Counted from the first letter of the stretch, positions 20,187-30,490 are shown. The stretch is DNA of 64,000 nucleotides from Parcubacteria group bacterium GW2011_GWA2_40_23 (GCA_000996245.1 LBYP01000005.1:10305-74304); one strand, 5' to 3'. Numbers and translations are program-made. The notes: generated by a model not told the origin, from the letters alone.

Positions 20187-21071
20187 ATGAGCTTATTCAA
20201 TCTCATCAAAGCAACAAACGATCAAGACTCAGTCATGGCTTTTTTTGAATCTCGAGGGTACCAAAATATTCAGAAGAAAATAGCAGAAAGTCTTAACACC
20301 ATCCTGTCGGCCACAAAAGGCGATCAAAAATGCTTTATCAAAAAATTTAATCCTAATGGCAGACCAGCAGAAGTAAATTTAGCAAGAATCACAACTGAAG
20401 TTGCCTGCTACAAACATTTACCTTCAGCAATTTTAATCGACGCCGTGGAGCTAAATATAGAACAAAAATATATTATTTTACACTGGGCAGATTTAGAAGA
20501 TACGGGGGATGATCCAGAATCGATCGAAGCCCTTGTGGATCTGGGCCTTAATGTTTTGCCCCAAATTGATGCTTCTTTTTTACCGGAAGTTTTATGGGAC
20601 CATTACAAAGAAATCTTTGAGAAAGCGAAACAGCTTCATACAGCCGGAATTATAGATGACCCAAAAGAAGTAATTGCTTTTTTTGAAAGTAAAAAAGATT
20701 TGATCATGAATGCTAAAAAAGATTTTGCACATCAAGACTTTAATCGTCGCAATGTTAAAACAGTAAATAGAAAATTAAAACTTTTTGACTTTGAACTCTC
20801 GCGTCCTAACAATGCCATGGTCGATATGGCTTCTTTGTACATCGACATTAAAGATAGAGCCGATTTGGTCGAAACTTTTTCAAAGAGAATCAAAGAGAGT
20901 GAATTATATGACGAAGAATTATTAGATTTGATGATAATTCGGAGAGCCACTCTGTTTATGTATTCATTTATTGATGTTCTAAAAGCCGGAACCAAATTAC
21001 AATTTTTACAAAATAATGTAGAGGCATACAAAGAAATTACCGCCAAAGTGTTGCGCTCGACTTCTAACTAG
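20187..21071 (+). CDS. phosphotransferase (APH/choline-kinase-like) family protein
   Basis: HQDFNRRN resembles the HGDxxxxN catalytic loop; FDFELS resembles the DFE metal-binding motif. Confidence 0.45.
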   Translation: MSLFNLIKATNDQDSVMAFFESRGYQNIQKKIAESLNTILSATKGDQKCFIKKFNPNGRPAEVNLARITTEVACYKHLPSAILIDAVELNIEQKYIILHWADLEDTGDDPESIEALVDLGLNVLPQIDASFLPEVLWDHYKEIFEKAKQLHTAGIIDDPKEVIAFFESKKDLIMNAKKDFAHQDFNRRNVKTVNRKLKLFDFELSRPNNAMVDMASLYIDIKDRADLVETFSKRIKESELYDEELLDLMIIRRATLFMYSFIDVLKAGTKLQFLQNNVEAYKEITAKVLRSTSN

Positions 21072-21142
21072 TAGACTTAACGTCCCTTTTTAAAAAATGT
21101 CCCACAAGGCTTGAGCCCGGTGGGATTTTACGAATAGAATTG

Positions 21143-21490
21143 CTATCGTTTGTCAGCGATGCAATGCCTTAAAAGGTAGAAATGCAACCACTTACCGGCA
21201 TGGATGTCCGAAAAGGCTACTGGAGGATTAGGTATACCCTCCACAGGAACTTCGAACAGAAGGTCGACATCGCCATCGTCGCTACGGGACTCGACGTGAA
21301 TCAAGTCACCCGTGTCGATTTCGTACCAAGTCGCAGTATAGCTGGAACGAGCATTCGCCGACAGGACCACTGGCGTGGTGAGCTCTAAGCGTAGAACTTC
21401 TTCCAATCTCAGCAACCGACCGGTACAAGTAACAACATACTCGAAATCAGAAAGACCGACGTAGCTTTGCAACAGGATGAGCTGCTTCAT
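21143..21490 (-). CDS. hypothetical protein (115 aa), GC-rich
   Basis: GAGGG RBS; third gene of a three-gene minus-strand cluster. Confidence 0.4.
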   Translation of the reverse strand: MKQLILLQSYVGLSDFEYVVTCTGRLLRLEEVLRLELTTPVVLSANARSSYTATWYEIDTGDLIHVESRSDDGDVDLLFEVPVEGIPNPPVAFSDIHAGKWLHFYLLRHCIADKR

Positions 21491-21515
21491 GCTTCTGCCC
21501 TCGATCTTTCTGCGT

Positions 21516-21740
21516 CTATTTCTGGATCCAGTGATTGGCCAAGAGAACCAGACACTCGTCGCAATGCAGCGGAACCGGGCAGGTATGCGCTTCCGGGAGA
21601 CGCATCTCTTCGCCGCAGGTCACGCAGTAGTAGAACATGTCAGACCCCGCATAGAGCTTGGCGTTGTCGACGCGTTCTTTACCCGCGTTCTTCTCTTGTC
21701 GCAGACGCAATTGCTCCAGGGCCAGTTCTCGCTCGTCCAT
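21516..21740 (-). CDS. small zinc-ribbon protein (74 aa), GC-rich
   Basis: AAGGAGG RBS; CVTC...CPVPLHCDEC cysteine cluster. Confidence 0.45.
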   Translation of the reverse strand: MDERELALEQLRLRQEKNAGKERVDNAKLYAGSDMFYYCVTCGEEMRLPEAHTCPVPLHCDECLVLLANHWIQK

Positions 21741-21765
21741 GAGGAACCTCCTTGTGGGTTAACGA

Positions 21766-21990
21766 CTAGTTACCGCAACCCTCGGTCAGCGGATCGAAAG
21801 ACTCGGCCACGACGCGCTCTTCGGCCCACCTCATCTCCTGCCGACCGATGCGCAGAGCTTCTTCTGCGGACATGAACTTGTGCGCCTGGCTTTTATCCGA
21901 AGCCCAGCCCCAGATGCCATTGAAGTTGCACAGCCACCGATTTCGCAGAGCCTCAGAATCCACGGCAACGTACAGGGGCAACTGTGACAT
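21766..21990 (-). CDS. hypothetical protein (74 aa), GC-rich
   Basis: Start trimmed to ATG 21990, which has a GGAGGTG RBS (ORF track 21766..22047). Confidence 0.4.
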   Translation of the reverse strand: MSQLPLYVAVDSEALRNRWLCNFNGIWGWASDKSQAHKFMSAEEALRIGRQEMRWAEERVVAESFDPLTEGCGN

Positions 21991-22135
21991 GGCGCACCTC
22001 CGCTGGAAGGGTTCATCGATCCGCACAACAACAAAGATTAACATCACAAAGAGGCTATGTCAACAGCAATTATCCGACAAGTTATTTTTTCTCCTACTTT
22101 TCGAATTAGCAGGTATTTATAATATAATCTTTAAC

Positions 22136-22756
22136 ATGCATATTTACCTTGATGAATCATACAATTTGCAAAAGCAAAAAGGAAAAATGTTTATTAGTAT
22201 AAATGGTTTTGCTGTTTTGGATGCTAATCAGTTAAGAAAACGTTGGCAACGACTTCGAAAACCATATACGAACTACAAACGTAGGATTCATGCGACAGAT
22301 CCATACTTCGAGGAACTCAGAGCAAAAAGCCTCCTGTTACTAAAAGATTCTGATGCGACAATTTTGTCTATATTTCAAATTGTTCAAGAAATTCCTTATA
22401 CACTTTTTGATGATTCAGGCTTAAAATTTGACACAGTTTATGCGGAGTTATTAAAAATATTATTCAAAAAATTGTCTTTCAAAAAACATACACGAATAAT
22501 CATTATTATTGACTCTCGAAAACATACTGGGGGGATTCCAGGGAGAAACCGTTTTCAGCAAAACATTGAAAACTTTTTAAGAACAAATTACTCTGATATT
22601 TTTTGTTCGTTTTTGCCAACGCCATCCTATCTAGATACTTTAGTTGAATTAGCAAACTTTGTGTCCAACAGTTTCTATAAAGCTTATCAAAAGGATGAAA
22701 ACACAATATTCAAACCACTAAGACGTAAACTAATCCAAATCAAAAATCCGCTTTAA
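22136..22756 (+). CDS. DUF3800-like hypothetical protein
   Basis: AT-rich part of ORF 21848..22756 beginning MHIYLDESY, a DUF3800-like N-terminus; the upstream GC-rich extension is antisense to the island genes. Confidence 0.4.
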   Translation: MHIYLDESYNLQKQKGKMFISINGFAVLDANQLRKRWQRLRKPYTNYKRRIHATDPYFEELRAKSLLLLKDSDATILSIFQIVQEIPYTLFDDSGLKFDTVYAELLKILFKKLSFKKHTRIIIIIDSRKHTGGIPGRNRFQQNIENFLRTNYSDIFCSFLPTPSYLDTLVELANFVSNSFYKAYQKDENTIFKPLRRKLIQIKNPL

Positions 22757-22963
22757 CGCGGATCCTCTAAAAGTGCCTTTCGGGAGTGTCTCTGTTTCTA
22801 CGGGATGTTCTTGACGAGAACGCCCTCCACAAAGCTTTACCCTAAGGACTTATCTTCTAAATACACTGTACTATTTTACAGACTGCTTGTCAATAATAAA
22901 TAAAATTCATTGCCAAAATCACCCCAAATCAGTACAATAGACTCAACTAATAATCGCTAAATT

Positions 22964-23791
22964 ATGTCTCCAAAACCAGCAGAATACCCACCAGCTACAG
23001 ACAAGGATAATCCAACGTCACCGGAGGCCTATTTGGATTTGCCAAATGTTCAACTTTATATAGAAAAGCTAGAAAACCTTCTAAAAGAACATCCAGAAGC
23101 AGAAGTTTTTGTTAAACGAGCAAAAAGCATGATTTACGACATGCTGACACGCAGAAGTGAATTTATAAAAAACACTGAAGGCGCCGGTCTGAATGTAGCT
23201 GAATTAATGGAAGCATACCAACCACAAATGGCTTGGTATAAAGAAACCAAGGGACGGCTTGTGGACACAATTAATGCTAGTAAAGAATTCAAATGGGAAA
23301 GTAATCCTGGTTGGTTTGGAGTCAACACTAGACCCGAAGAACCAAGAAGAGAAGAGGTAAGCCTTAAAGTTTATGCCACTATTCCAATAACAGAATATGC
23401 TTTTCTGCAACATATACCGGAATTAATGAGCGAACTGCGCCAACTATCCATAGAAAGCGATGATGTTGCCCATATTAAATTTCCCGAAAGCTTAACTGGC
23501 TTTATCTCAAACAATGATTCGATCGTCATTCATTTTAAGAAAAAAGAAAATGTTGAAAAAATTCAAAAACTTTTAGACACCTGGATGAAAGCACACGGAA
23601 TTCATGAAGAACCTCGAGAAATGGGCCGAACCAAAGTTGGGGCAGATCCAAAAGGCAGCAGTTTTTCTGATATACTTTCAAAAACTATCGCCGAATGGCT
23701 AGAACAAAATGCGGGTAAATATGATAATGCTTTACTAGCCCGAGAAGCTGCCAAGCATGCCATTGAACAATCTCAAAAAAAACCTTTTTAA
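22964..23791 (+). CDS. hypothetical protein (275 aa)
   Basis: AT-rich ORF with no recognised domain. Confidence 0.5.
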   Translation: MSPKPAEYPPATDKDNPTSPEAYLDLPNVQLYIEKLENLLKEHPEAEVFVKRAKSMIYDMLTRRSEFIKNTEGAGLNVAELMEAYQPQMAWYKETKGRLVDTINASKEFKWESNPGWFGVNTRPEEPRREEVSLKVYATIPITEYAFLQHIPELMSELRQLSIESDDVAHIKFPESLTGFISNNDSIVIHFKKKENVEKIQKLLDTWMKAHGIHEEPREMGRTKVGADPKGSSFSDILSKTIAEWLEQNAGKYDNALLAREAAKHAIEQSQKKPF

Positions 23792-23794
23792 CTT

Positions 23795-24453
23795 ATGAAA
23801 TATCTAATAATCAATGCCGACGACTTTGGCTACAGCGATATATTCAACGCCAAAATTTTGGAGCTGATTGAACGTGGGTTAGTTTCTTCCACAACAGTAA
23901 TGGTAAATTACATTACAACGGAACAAACCAACAAATCAAAAAACTTTCTTCGCTAAAAGAATCACAGAACCTAAGCGTCGGGTTGCATTTAGAGTTTTCC
24001 AATGAAAATTTTAAAGCCGAGATAAAAAAGCAGTACGCCAAGTTCTTATCAATTTTTAGCTTCACACCAAGTCATCTTGATTTACACAAATCAACCTATA
24101 TGCGAAAAGCTTTCCCCATCATTATACGATTTTGTAAAAAAAATCATCTCCCCTGCAGAAACCACAATATTGTTGACGTTGACATGGTCAAAACAAAAAA
24201 CGAAGTCATAAGTGGCACCAAAATGAGTTTTGAAGAATTAAAGAAGACTCTCGAAACTTTCAAGGACAATGAAACCTATGAGATTTTATTTCATCCTGGT
24301 ATGTATGACTTGGCTTGCAAATCTAGCTTAAACAAGGAGCGTGAACTTGATGCCAAAAAAATTGAAGATATCTATCCTATTATAAAAGAAAACAATATCC
24401 AGTTAATCAGCTATCTTAATTTGGCTGCTTTATCCTCAAACAAAAACATATGA
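23795..24453 (+). pseudogene. YdjC/ChbG-like carbohydrate deacetylase gene split by a frameshift in an A-run
   Basis: N-terminus MKYLIINADDFGYS...STTVMVN in one frame; LSVGLHLEF and later sequence (ORF 23983..24453) in another; the break is near the A5 run at about 23938-23943. Confidence 0.5.
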
Positions 24454-25106
24454 AACTTCTCCTAACCTCCGCTGGCCTCGCCAACAAATCAATCACAAAC
24501 ACTTTGTTCGACTTAGTCGGTAAAAAACCAGAAGACACGACCATTGTTGTTATTCCAACAGCGTCGAATCTCGCCCTCGGTGATAAAGATTGGTTCATTA
24601 ATGATTTAATTAATTTGCAAAAACAAAATTTTAAATCAATTGAGATCACGGACATCTCCGCTGTCGATGAAAGCATTTGGCGACCAAGCCTAGAAGGCGC
24701 TGATGTGCTTTTCTTTGAAGGTGGCAATAGCTATCATCTCATGGAATGGCTAAATAAATCTGGTCTGACGAAAATGTTGTCTGAGCTTTTAAAAACAAAA
24801 GTCTATGTTGGCGTAAGTGCCGGCAGTATGGTGACAAACAAAAATTTGGCGCTAAACATTTCGCAAATTATTTATGACGAAGATTTAGACAGAAAAGTTG
24901 AGCTGAATGGACTTAATTATGTTGATTTTTATTTTTTACCACATTTAAATTCTCCTGATTTTATAAACTTGAAGGAAAATATTATACGAGAGACTGTCAA
25001 GGATATGTCAGAAAAGATTTATGCACTGGATGACAATTCTGCGCTCAAAATTGTAGACAGCAAAATCGAAATTGTGAGTGAAGGGAAATGGTTTGAGATT
25101 AATTAA
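24450..25106 (+). CDS. peptidase S51 (dipeptidase E-like)
   Basis: GGNSYHLM and VGVSAGSM motifs. Confidence 0.65.
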   Translation: MKLLLTSAGLANKSITNTLFDLVGKKPEDTTIVVIPTASNLALGDKDWFINDLINLQKQNFKSIEITDISAVDESIWRPSLEGADVLFFEGGNSYHLMEWLNKSGLTKMLSELLKTKVYVGVSAGSMVTNKNLALNISQIIYDEDLDRKVELNGLNYVDFYFLPHLNSPDFINLKENIIRETVKDMSEKIYALDDNSALKIVDSKIEIVSEGKWFEIN

Positions 25107-25112
25107 AAAAAC

Positions 25113-25562
25113 ATGAGAATCGAAATTGACTACTGCCCCACATCAGAAATAAAACATTTTTTTATTTCTGTAGAATTAGATAAAGTTACTTCGATTTCTT
25201 TTGATCACACGATCAAAGGTTGTCGAATTGTGAAGCAAGTTTTGATTGAATCAATTTCTCAGGAACAAGCTGTGAAAAAATACGGGCCAATCGATGCCGA
25301 GTGGGACACTCTGGTAATCGAAGACAAGTTATTTGTCGAAAAATATCATGTCGAATGGATAGATCGCGATAAACGCGACACTGTAAATGGTGAAACCTGG
25401 GAAGCCGTTTGGGAAAAACCTTTAGACGCTCATGTCGACAAAAAACTTTTATTCTACTCTAGATTAATTTCTGATAACTACGAACATTTAAATCAATTCA
25501 CAAAAGAACTCGCAAATTTTGAGACCTATCTAAAAGAACAAATACAAAAACATGCTAGTTAA
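25113..25562 (+). CDS. hypothetical protein
   Basis: 149-aa ORF with no recognised domain. Confidence 0.45.
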   Translation: MRIEIDYCPTSEIKHFFISVELDKVTSISFDHTIKGCRIVKQVLIESISQEQAVKKYGPIDAEWDTLVIEDKLFVEKYHVEWIDRDKRDTVNGETWEAVWEKPLDAHVDKKLLFYSRLISDNYEHLNQFTKELANFETYLKEQIQKHAS

Positions 25563-26136
25563 ATTTCTACAACAAAATAAATTATTCAAAAACATTATTT
25601 ATAAAATTGGCAAAGCGCGAGCAACTGATTTAATTGGTCGAATAAAACCTCTGCTGAACAAATCAGACAATATTCTCGATATCGGTGCTGGCACCTGCAA
25701 TGTTTATGAACTTTTATTAAATGGAGGCTACAAAGTTACAGCGTTAGATATTCAAAATCTAAGTTTTGTAGATAAGCTCACGCCCACTATTTACGACGGC
25801 AAAAAGATGCCCTATGACGACAACACCTTCGACAAATCGATAATATTAACGGTTTTACATCACACCTCAGAACCGGAAAAAATCTTACAAGAAGCAAAAA
25901 GAGTTTCTAAAAAAATTGTTATCATCGAAGACATTTATTCAAATTGGTTTGAGAAATATGCAACGTATTTTTTTGATAGTTTGCTCAATTTTGAATTCGT
26001 TGGTCATCCATACACAAACAAAAGCGACGAGGAGTGGAAAGAAATTTTTACTAAACTTGGACTCAAACTAATAGAATCAAAACGCAAAAGATCATTACTG
26101 GTTTTTAGTCATGCAACTTATTATCTAGAAAAATAA
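25552..26136 (+). CDS. class I SAM-dependent methyltransferase
   Basis: ILDIGAGTCNV motif I. Confidence 0.6.
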   Translation: MLVKFLQQNKLFKNIIYKIGKARATDLIGRIKPLLNKSDNILDIGAGTCNVYELLLNGGYKVTALDIQNLSFVDKLTPTIYDGKKMPYDDNTFDKSIILTVLHHTSEPEKILQEAKRVSKKIVIIEDIYSNWFEKYATYFFDSLLNFEFVGHPYTNKSDEEWKEIFTKLGLKLIESKRKRSLLVFSHATYYLEK

Positions 26137-26149
26137 TTTACAAAAAAAT

Positions 26150-26875
26150 ATGCGTTTTGAATCATGGGGCGAAAGACGTGAAGAAGAACCGAAACTAGAA
26201 GATTATTTAGATAATTCTGAAAAACTTAAAGAGTTAAGTCAATCTGAAATAGAACGTCTTTTAGACAAGGCTCAATCAATGTTGATTGAGATGGAACCCG
26301 GACCAATGAAAAACAAATATCGTCGCTTTATTCAAATAATCAAAGGGATTCTTTTAACTTCTACTTCTTTTGGTAGCGACTCATCATCAATCCAAGTTGC
26401 TGACAGTTACAAGATAATGATTGGGGATACTCGCACAAGCTTAGAAGCTAAAGTTGGGGAAAGCCGTAGTTTTAGTGATTTAGGGAATATCGAGGTACAA
26501 ACACTTGGAATTGATCGACAAAAATCTGCTGCTTTTACCATTAACATTACAGAAAAAACACATCAATGTTGGATAAATCTTCGCTTATTCAAAGTTGTCC
26601 AAAGAGGTGCGTCTGATGAAAAGAGATATCTCTATATTGCCGACAGATATGTGGTACCAACAATAAGAGGTGGCAAGGTTGGCGAACAATTGTTAAAAAT
26701 TGCTGCTGATATTGCAGAAGCGAATGATTGTGAATTAATTTTCGCAACCTTAATACCAGAGGATTCTGAAAATAAAGAAAAATTAGAGGCAGGGCATAAA
26801 AAAGCTGGATATGTGGTTTCTGAAAAAGATGGTAAAGTTACTGCGACAAAAACATTAAAATCGAAATTAGACTAA
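26150..26875 (+). CDS. hypothetical protein with a GNAT-like C-terminal segment
   Basis: RGGKVGEQLLKIAADIAEA resembles GNAT motif A. Confidence 0.4.
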   Translation: MRFESWGERREEEPKLEDYLDNSEKLKELSQSEIERLLDKAQSMLIEMEPGPMKNKYRRFIQIIKGILLTSTSFGSDSSSIQVADSYKIMIGDTRTSLEAKVGESRSFSDLGNIEVQTLGIDRQKSAAFTINITEKTHQCWINLRLFKVVQRGASDEKRYLYIADRYVVPTIRGGKVGEQLLKIAADIAEANDCELIFATLIPEDSENKEKLEAGHKKAGYVVSEKDGKVTATKTLKSKLD

Positions 26876-26880
26876 TATTT

Positions 26881-27804
26881 ATGAAAATCATCATCACCTG
26901 TCCTAAAAAATGTTTTAATGAAAAAGAAATTTCAGAACTCGAACAATTCGAAACAGAATTCATTGAATCAAAAAGCATTAACCTTGATGAAGTCGAATCT
27001 TTATATAATTCCAGTGAGTTTATCCTCGTCGTTGATCCGACTTATTTAAAAGAAAGTTGGGACGCCCTGCCAGTCGAAAGAATCGAAAAAATGAAAGGGC
27101 TCAAAGCTCTTTGCCTCACTACCTCATCTTTCAGTTGGATTGATGGTAAAAAACTGGCAGAGCGAGGTATTATTCTTACCAACACTCCAGGCAAATCAAC
27201 CAACGCTGTGGCTGAATTTAATATGTACATGATGATGACATTACTCCGAAAGATTCCTCTCATTGCCAAGAATAATTGGGAAATGGATTATGACAATTTT
27301 ATTAATGATGAAGCCAAAGGCAAAACCGCCGGCATTATCGGACTCGGACAGATCGGTTCTCGAGTTGCGGAACTCTGCGCTGGGCTAGGTCTCAAGGTTT
27401 ATTATTGGGATAGAAAAACAAAAGAAGTTGATTACGAAAGGCTGGAATTGGCTGACCTCCTTAAAAAAGCTGATGTTATATTCAATACGTTAGCCACACC
27501 AACAGAAGTCAAAGGTATAATCACTGACGAAATGATAAAAAATATGAAGCAAACCGCCTTAATAGTCAGCACCTCTGACCCAATTTACAATTCAGAACTC
27601 ATACTCCAACAAGTTGCAGAAAATAAATTGGGCGGTTTTGCCTTTGAAAGTGACTCCAGAAAATTCACTGATTTTAAAGGCAATGTCATGGTTTTCCCAG
27701 AACAGGCTTATCTGACAAAGGAAACATTGGCTAATACTTCTCGCATAACAACTGAAACAGTTCTCTCGGTAATTAAAGGAACTCCAATAAACAAAGTTAA
27801 TTAG
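26881..27804 (+). CDS. D-isomer-specific 2-hydroxyacid dehydrogenase family protein
   Basis: NAD-binding motif GIIGLGQIGSRVA. Confidence 0.7.
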   Translation: MKIIITCPKKCFNEKEISELEQFETEFIESKSINLDEVESLYNSSEFILVVDPTYLKESWDALPVERIEKMKGLKALCLTTSSFSWIDGKKLAERGIILTNTPGKSTNAVAEFNMYMMMTLLRKIPLIAKNNWEMDYDNFINDEAKGKTAGIIGLGQIGSRVAELCAGLGLKVYYWDRKTKEVDYERLELADLLKKADVIFNTLATPTEVKGIITDEMIKNMKQTALIVSTSDPIYNSELILQQVAENKLGGFAFESDSRKFTDFKGNVMVFPEQAYLTKETLANTSRITTETVLSVIKGTPINKVN

Positions 27805-27811
27805 AGACCTT

Positions 27812-28504
27812 GTGAAAAATAGAAATAAAATAACTTTGTTAATCCTTTTACTCATCCTCCCACCCTTTATTATTTTTCTGAGCCGACATTTTTTCCCATC
27901 AAATTATTTCTTTTCATCAATTTACAAAATAATTTTCCTCTTGCCCTTGTTTTTTCGTTTCTTTATAGAAAAGAAAACACTTAAACAATCCTTTGCGCAA
28001 AATTTCTCTCTCGAGCGGTTCAAGAATAACCTTTGGCCGATGATAATAACTGGAATCGTCCTGGCCGCAACCTATGTTTCAGCCTTTTTCATCTTCAAAG
28101 ACGCATTAAATCTCTCCCTCATCGCCACTAAACTACAAGGATTGATATCTATAGATTTAAGCAACTTAATTTTTATTGGTCTTTACATTGTTATCTTCAA
28201 TTCTTTGCTCGAAGAATTTTTTTGGCGTGGCTTCCTGTTTCAAGAATTACGAAACACTGTCAAACCTTGGCTAGCATACGTGCTGACTGGAATAGCCTTC
28301 TCTTTTCACCACGTCATGTTTTACTATAATTGGTTCAATCTACCATTTTTCCTGGTTGTCACAATAGGTTTAATCCTCTACGCTGTGATCATGAATCTTC
28401 TTTTTGAGAGATACAAGGATTTATTCTCTTGCTGGATGGTTCATGCTTTTGTTGATGTCGTGCAAATATTTATTGCTTTTTCAATTTTTATTCACATCAA
28501 ATAA
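27812..28504 (+). CDS. CPBP (CAAX) family intramembrane metalloprotease
   Basis: EEFFWRGFLF motif and FSFHH motif. Confidence 0.65.
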   Translation: MKNRNKITLLILLLILPPFIIFLSRHFFPSNYFFSSIYKIIFLLPLFFRFFIEKKTLKQSFAQNFSLERFKNNLWPMIITGIVLAATYVSAFFIFKDALNLSLIATKLQGLISIDLSNLIFIGLYIVIFNSLLEEFFWRGFLFQELRNTVKPWLAYVLTGIAFSFHHVMFYYNWFNLPFFLVVTIGLILYAVIMNLLFERYKDLFSCWMVHAFVDVVQIFIAFSIFIHIK

Positions 28505-28512
28505 ATTTTTTT

Positions 28513-29232
28513 ATGAAACAAAATAAACCTATAACCATCGGCATTCTTGCCGGCATGGGGCCAAAATCAACTGCTCCCTTTTTAGAGTTGTTAGTTGAAG
28601 AATGTCAAAAACAATATGGCGCAAAAAATGATATTGACTTCCCCCACATGATCATTTATTCTTTGCCAACTCCCTTCTTTGTTGATCAAGCAATTGATGA
28701 CAACCGAATGGAGAAAATAATTCTTGCAGGTCTAAAAAAACTAGAACGTTTTGACGTCGACTTTATCGCTATGCCTTGCAATTCGGCTCACAAATATTTC
28801 CCCAAGTTAAAAGCAAACCTTTCGACTCCCCTCTTAAATATTGTTGATGCTACTGCCACTCGAATAACTAAAAATACCAAGAGAGTAACTCTCTTAGCGA
28901 CTACCAAAACAAACGAAACAAAGCTTTATCAAAACAAATTAAAACGCAAAGGAATCGAAGTTATTTTAAAAGATGAGTGGCAACTTGTTATTAACAATTT
29001 AATCACTAGTGTCAAAGCAGGAAGTAACTCCACTCGTTTGTCCGGCTTGATCAAAAAACTTTTCCAAAAATTTGCAGCCGAACATGTCGACACTTTAATA
29101 ATCGCTTGCACAGAACTGACAAAATTATTTAAAAATGTAAAAGGATTTACAGTTATTGATTCTAGCCACGCATTAGCCGAAGAAACAATAAAAAATTATA
29201 AAATAATTCAGTACCGCAATGAAAATCGATAA
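28513..29232 (+). CDS. Asp/Glu/hydantoin racemase family protein
   Basis: ITIGILAGMGP ... MPCNSAH ... IIACTEL. Confidence 0.7.
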   Translation: MKQNKPITIGILAGMGPKSTAPFLELLVEECQKQYGAKNDIDFPHMIIYSLPTPFFVDQAIDDNRMEKIILAGLKKLERFDVDFIAMPCNSAHKYFPKLKANLSTPLLNIVDATATRITKNTKRVTLLATTKTNETKLYQNKLKRKGIEVILKDEWQLVINNLITSVKAGSNSTRLSGLIKKLFQKFAAEHVDTLIIACTELTKLFKNVKGFTVIDSSHALAEETIKNYKIIQYRNENR

Positions 29233-29914
29233 TATCGAAGTTATTCTAGAACAAGCCAAAAAACTCAATCATACCCTTGAGGTTATTTCTGAAATTAAAT
29301 CCGGCAAAGAGGCCACGGTTTACCAGGTTTTATTGGATGGCAAACTCTTAGCGATGAAAGTTTATAAAAATCAAGAAGACAAAACATTAAAAAATGCGGG
29401 ACAGTATTTAAGTGGAAAACATTATGCGAAACCATCACAAAGAAGGGCAACGGAAAAGGGCAATAAATTTTCTAAAAAATTAAATTATGATAATTGGGTC
29501 AAGCGAGAATTTTATATACTTGAAAAACTATTTAAACTCGGTGCTCAAATACCAGAACCAATTTTACAAATAGAAAATGCTGTTTTTATGGAATATCTGG
29601 GTGATAAAGAAAATTCCGCTCCACGTTTATGCGATTTGAACTTATCAAAAAAAGAGGCTGAGGCTGCTTTCCCTATTGTTCTAGAAACTGCCCTGATATT
29701 CTGGAATTCTGGAATCATCCACGCCGATTTATCGCCCTATAATATCCTTTGGTGGAAAAATAAACCTTATGTGATAGATTTCCCACAAGCGATAGATAAA
29801 AGAACAAACCCCGATGCGCTCAAATTCCTTGAAAGAGATTTACAAAATGTGGTCAAGCATTTTTCTAAGTTTATGGAGATTGATTATGAAAAAATTAGAA
29901 ACCAATTTACCTAA
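29219..29914 (+). CDS. RIO-type serine protein kinase
   Basis: GKEATVY P-loop, LAMKVYK, and IIHADLSPYNIL catalytic loop. Confidence 0.6.
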   Translation: MKIDNIEVILEQAKKLNHTLEVISEIKSGKEATVYQVLLDGKLLAMKVYKNQEDKTLKNAGQYLSGKHYAKPSQRRATEKGNKFSKKLNYDNWVKREFYILEKLFKLGAQIPEPILQIENAVFMEYLGDKENSAPRLCDLNLSKKEAEAAFPIVLETALIFWNSGIIHADLSPYNILWWKNKPYVIDFPQAIDKRTNPDALKFLERDLQNVVKHFSKFMEIDYEKIRNQFT

Positions 29915-30380
29915 TAAATATTTTCGACTAATTTTTATGACGACAACACAACGCGACTTCCTTTCCCGCCGACCGGTTAATGCCACCATTATATTAAGCA
30001 TGAACGTAAATAGTTTTGACATCTCTTCTAAGCTACCCAAGGGTTTCTTTTACGATGACGGTCAATTCAGTTTCCCTGCCGGTTTTTGGGAATCTTATCG
30101 AGTAAATGGCAAAGAATATAATGTCGATGGAAACAGAACGGTTGACCAACAAAAAGAATTAATTCTTGCTGATTTGTTAACTGCGGGATTTAGTCAAAAC
30201 GAAGCGAACGATTTCATAACTGCCCTTGAAGTTAAAGAGGCCCAAACAATGCACTTAACCTTTGATGCTTCTAACAAATGGTTGCGAAATCATCTGGAAC
30301 AAGAAGAGTCTGCCATGCGTATTCTAAATGAAGCAAAAAATGAAGTCCAAAATGAGTTGCAAACAAAGCGGTTGAGATAA
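29886..30380 (+). CDS. hypothetical protein
   Basis: Start chosen at ATG 29886 (GGAG RBS) within ORF 29814..30380. Confidence 0.45.
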   Translation: MKKLETNLPNKYFRLIFMTTTQRDFLSRRPVNATIILSMNVNSFDISSKLPKGFFYDDGQFSFPAGFWESYRVNGKEYNVDGNRTVDQQKELILADLLTAGFSQNEANDFITALEVKEAQTMHLTFDASNKWLRNHLEQEESAMRILNEAKNEVQNELQTKRLR

Positions 30381-30391
30381 AATTATAAAAA

Positions 30392-30425
30392 GAGAGCCCG
30401 GTGGATGACCACACGGGCTCTTTTT
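30392..30425. terminator. bidirectional rho-independent terminator
   Basis: Hairpin agagcccg...cgggctct with A-run and T-run flanks. Confidence 0.6.
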
Positions 30426-30490
30426 ACTTCAGCAGAACATGATGAACTCAATTCTCAAGTATCAGTTAAAACTTGTCGAGACAGAAAAGG

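Noticed and set aside
21848-22135. N-terminal 96 aa of ORF 21848..22756
   Set aside because: This GC-rich stretch is antisense to the island genes; the AT-rich DUF3800-like gene starts at the internal ATG 22136.
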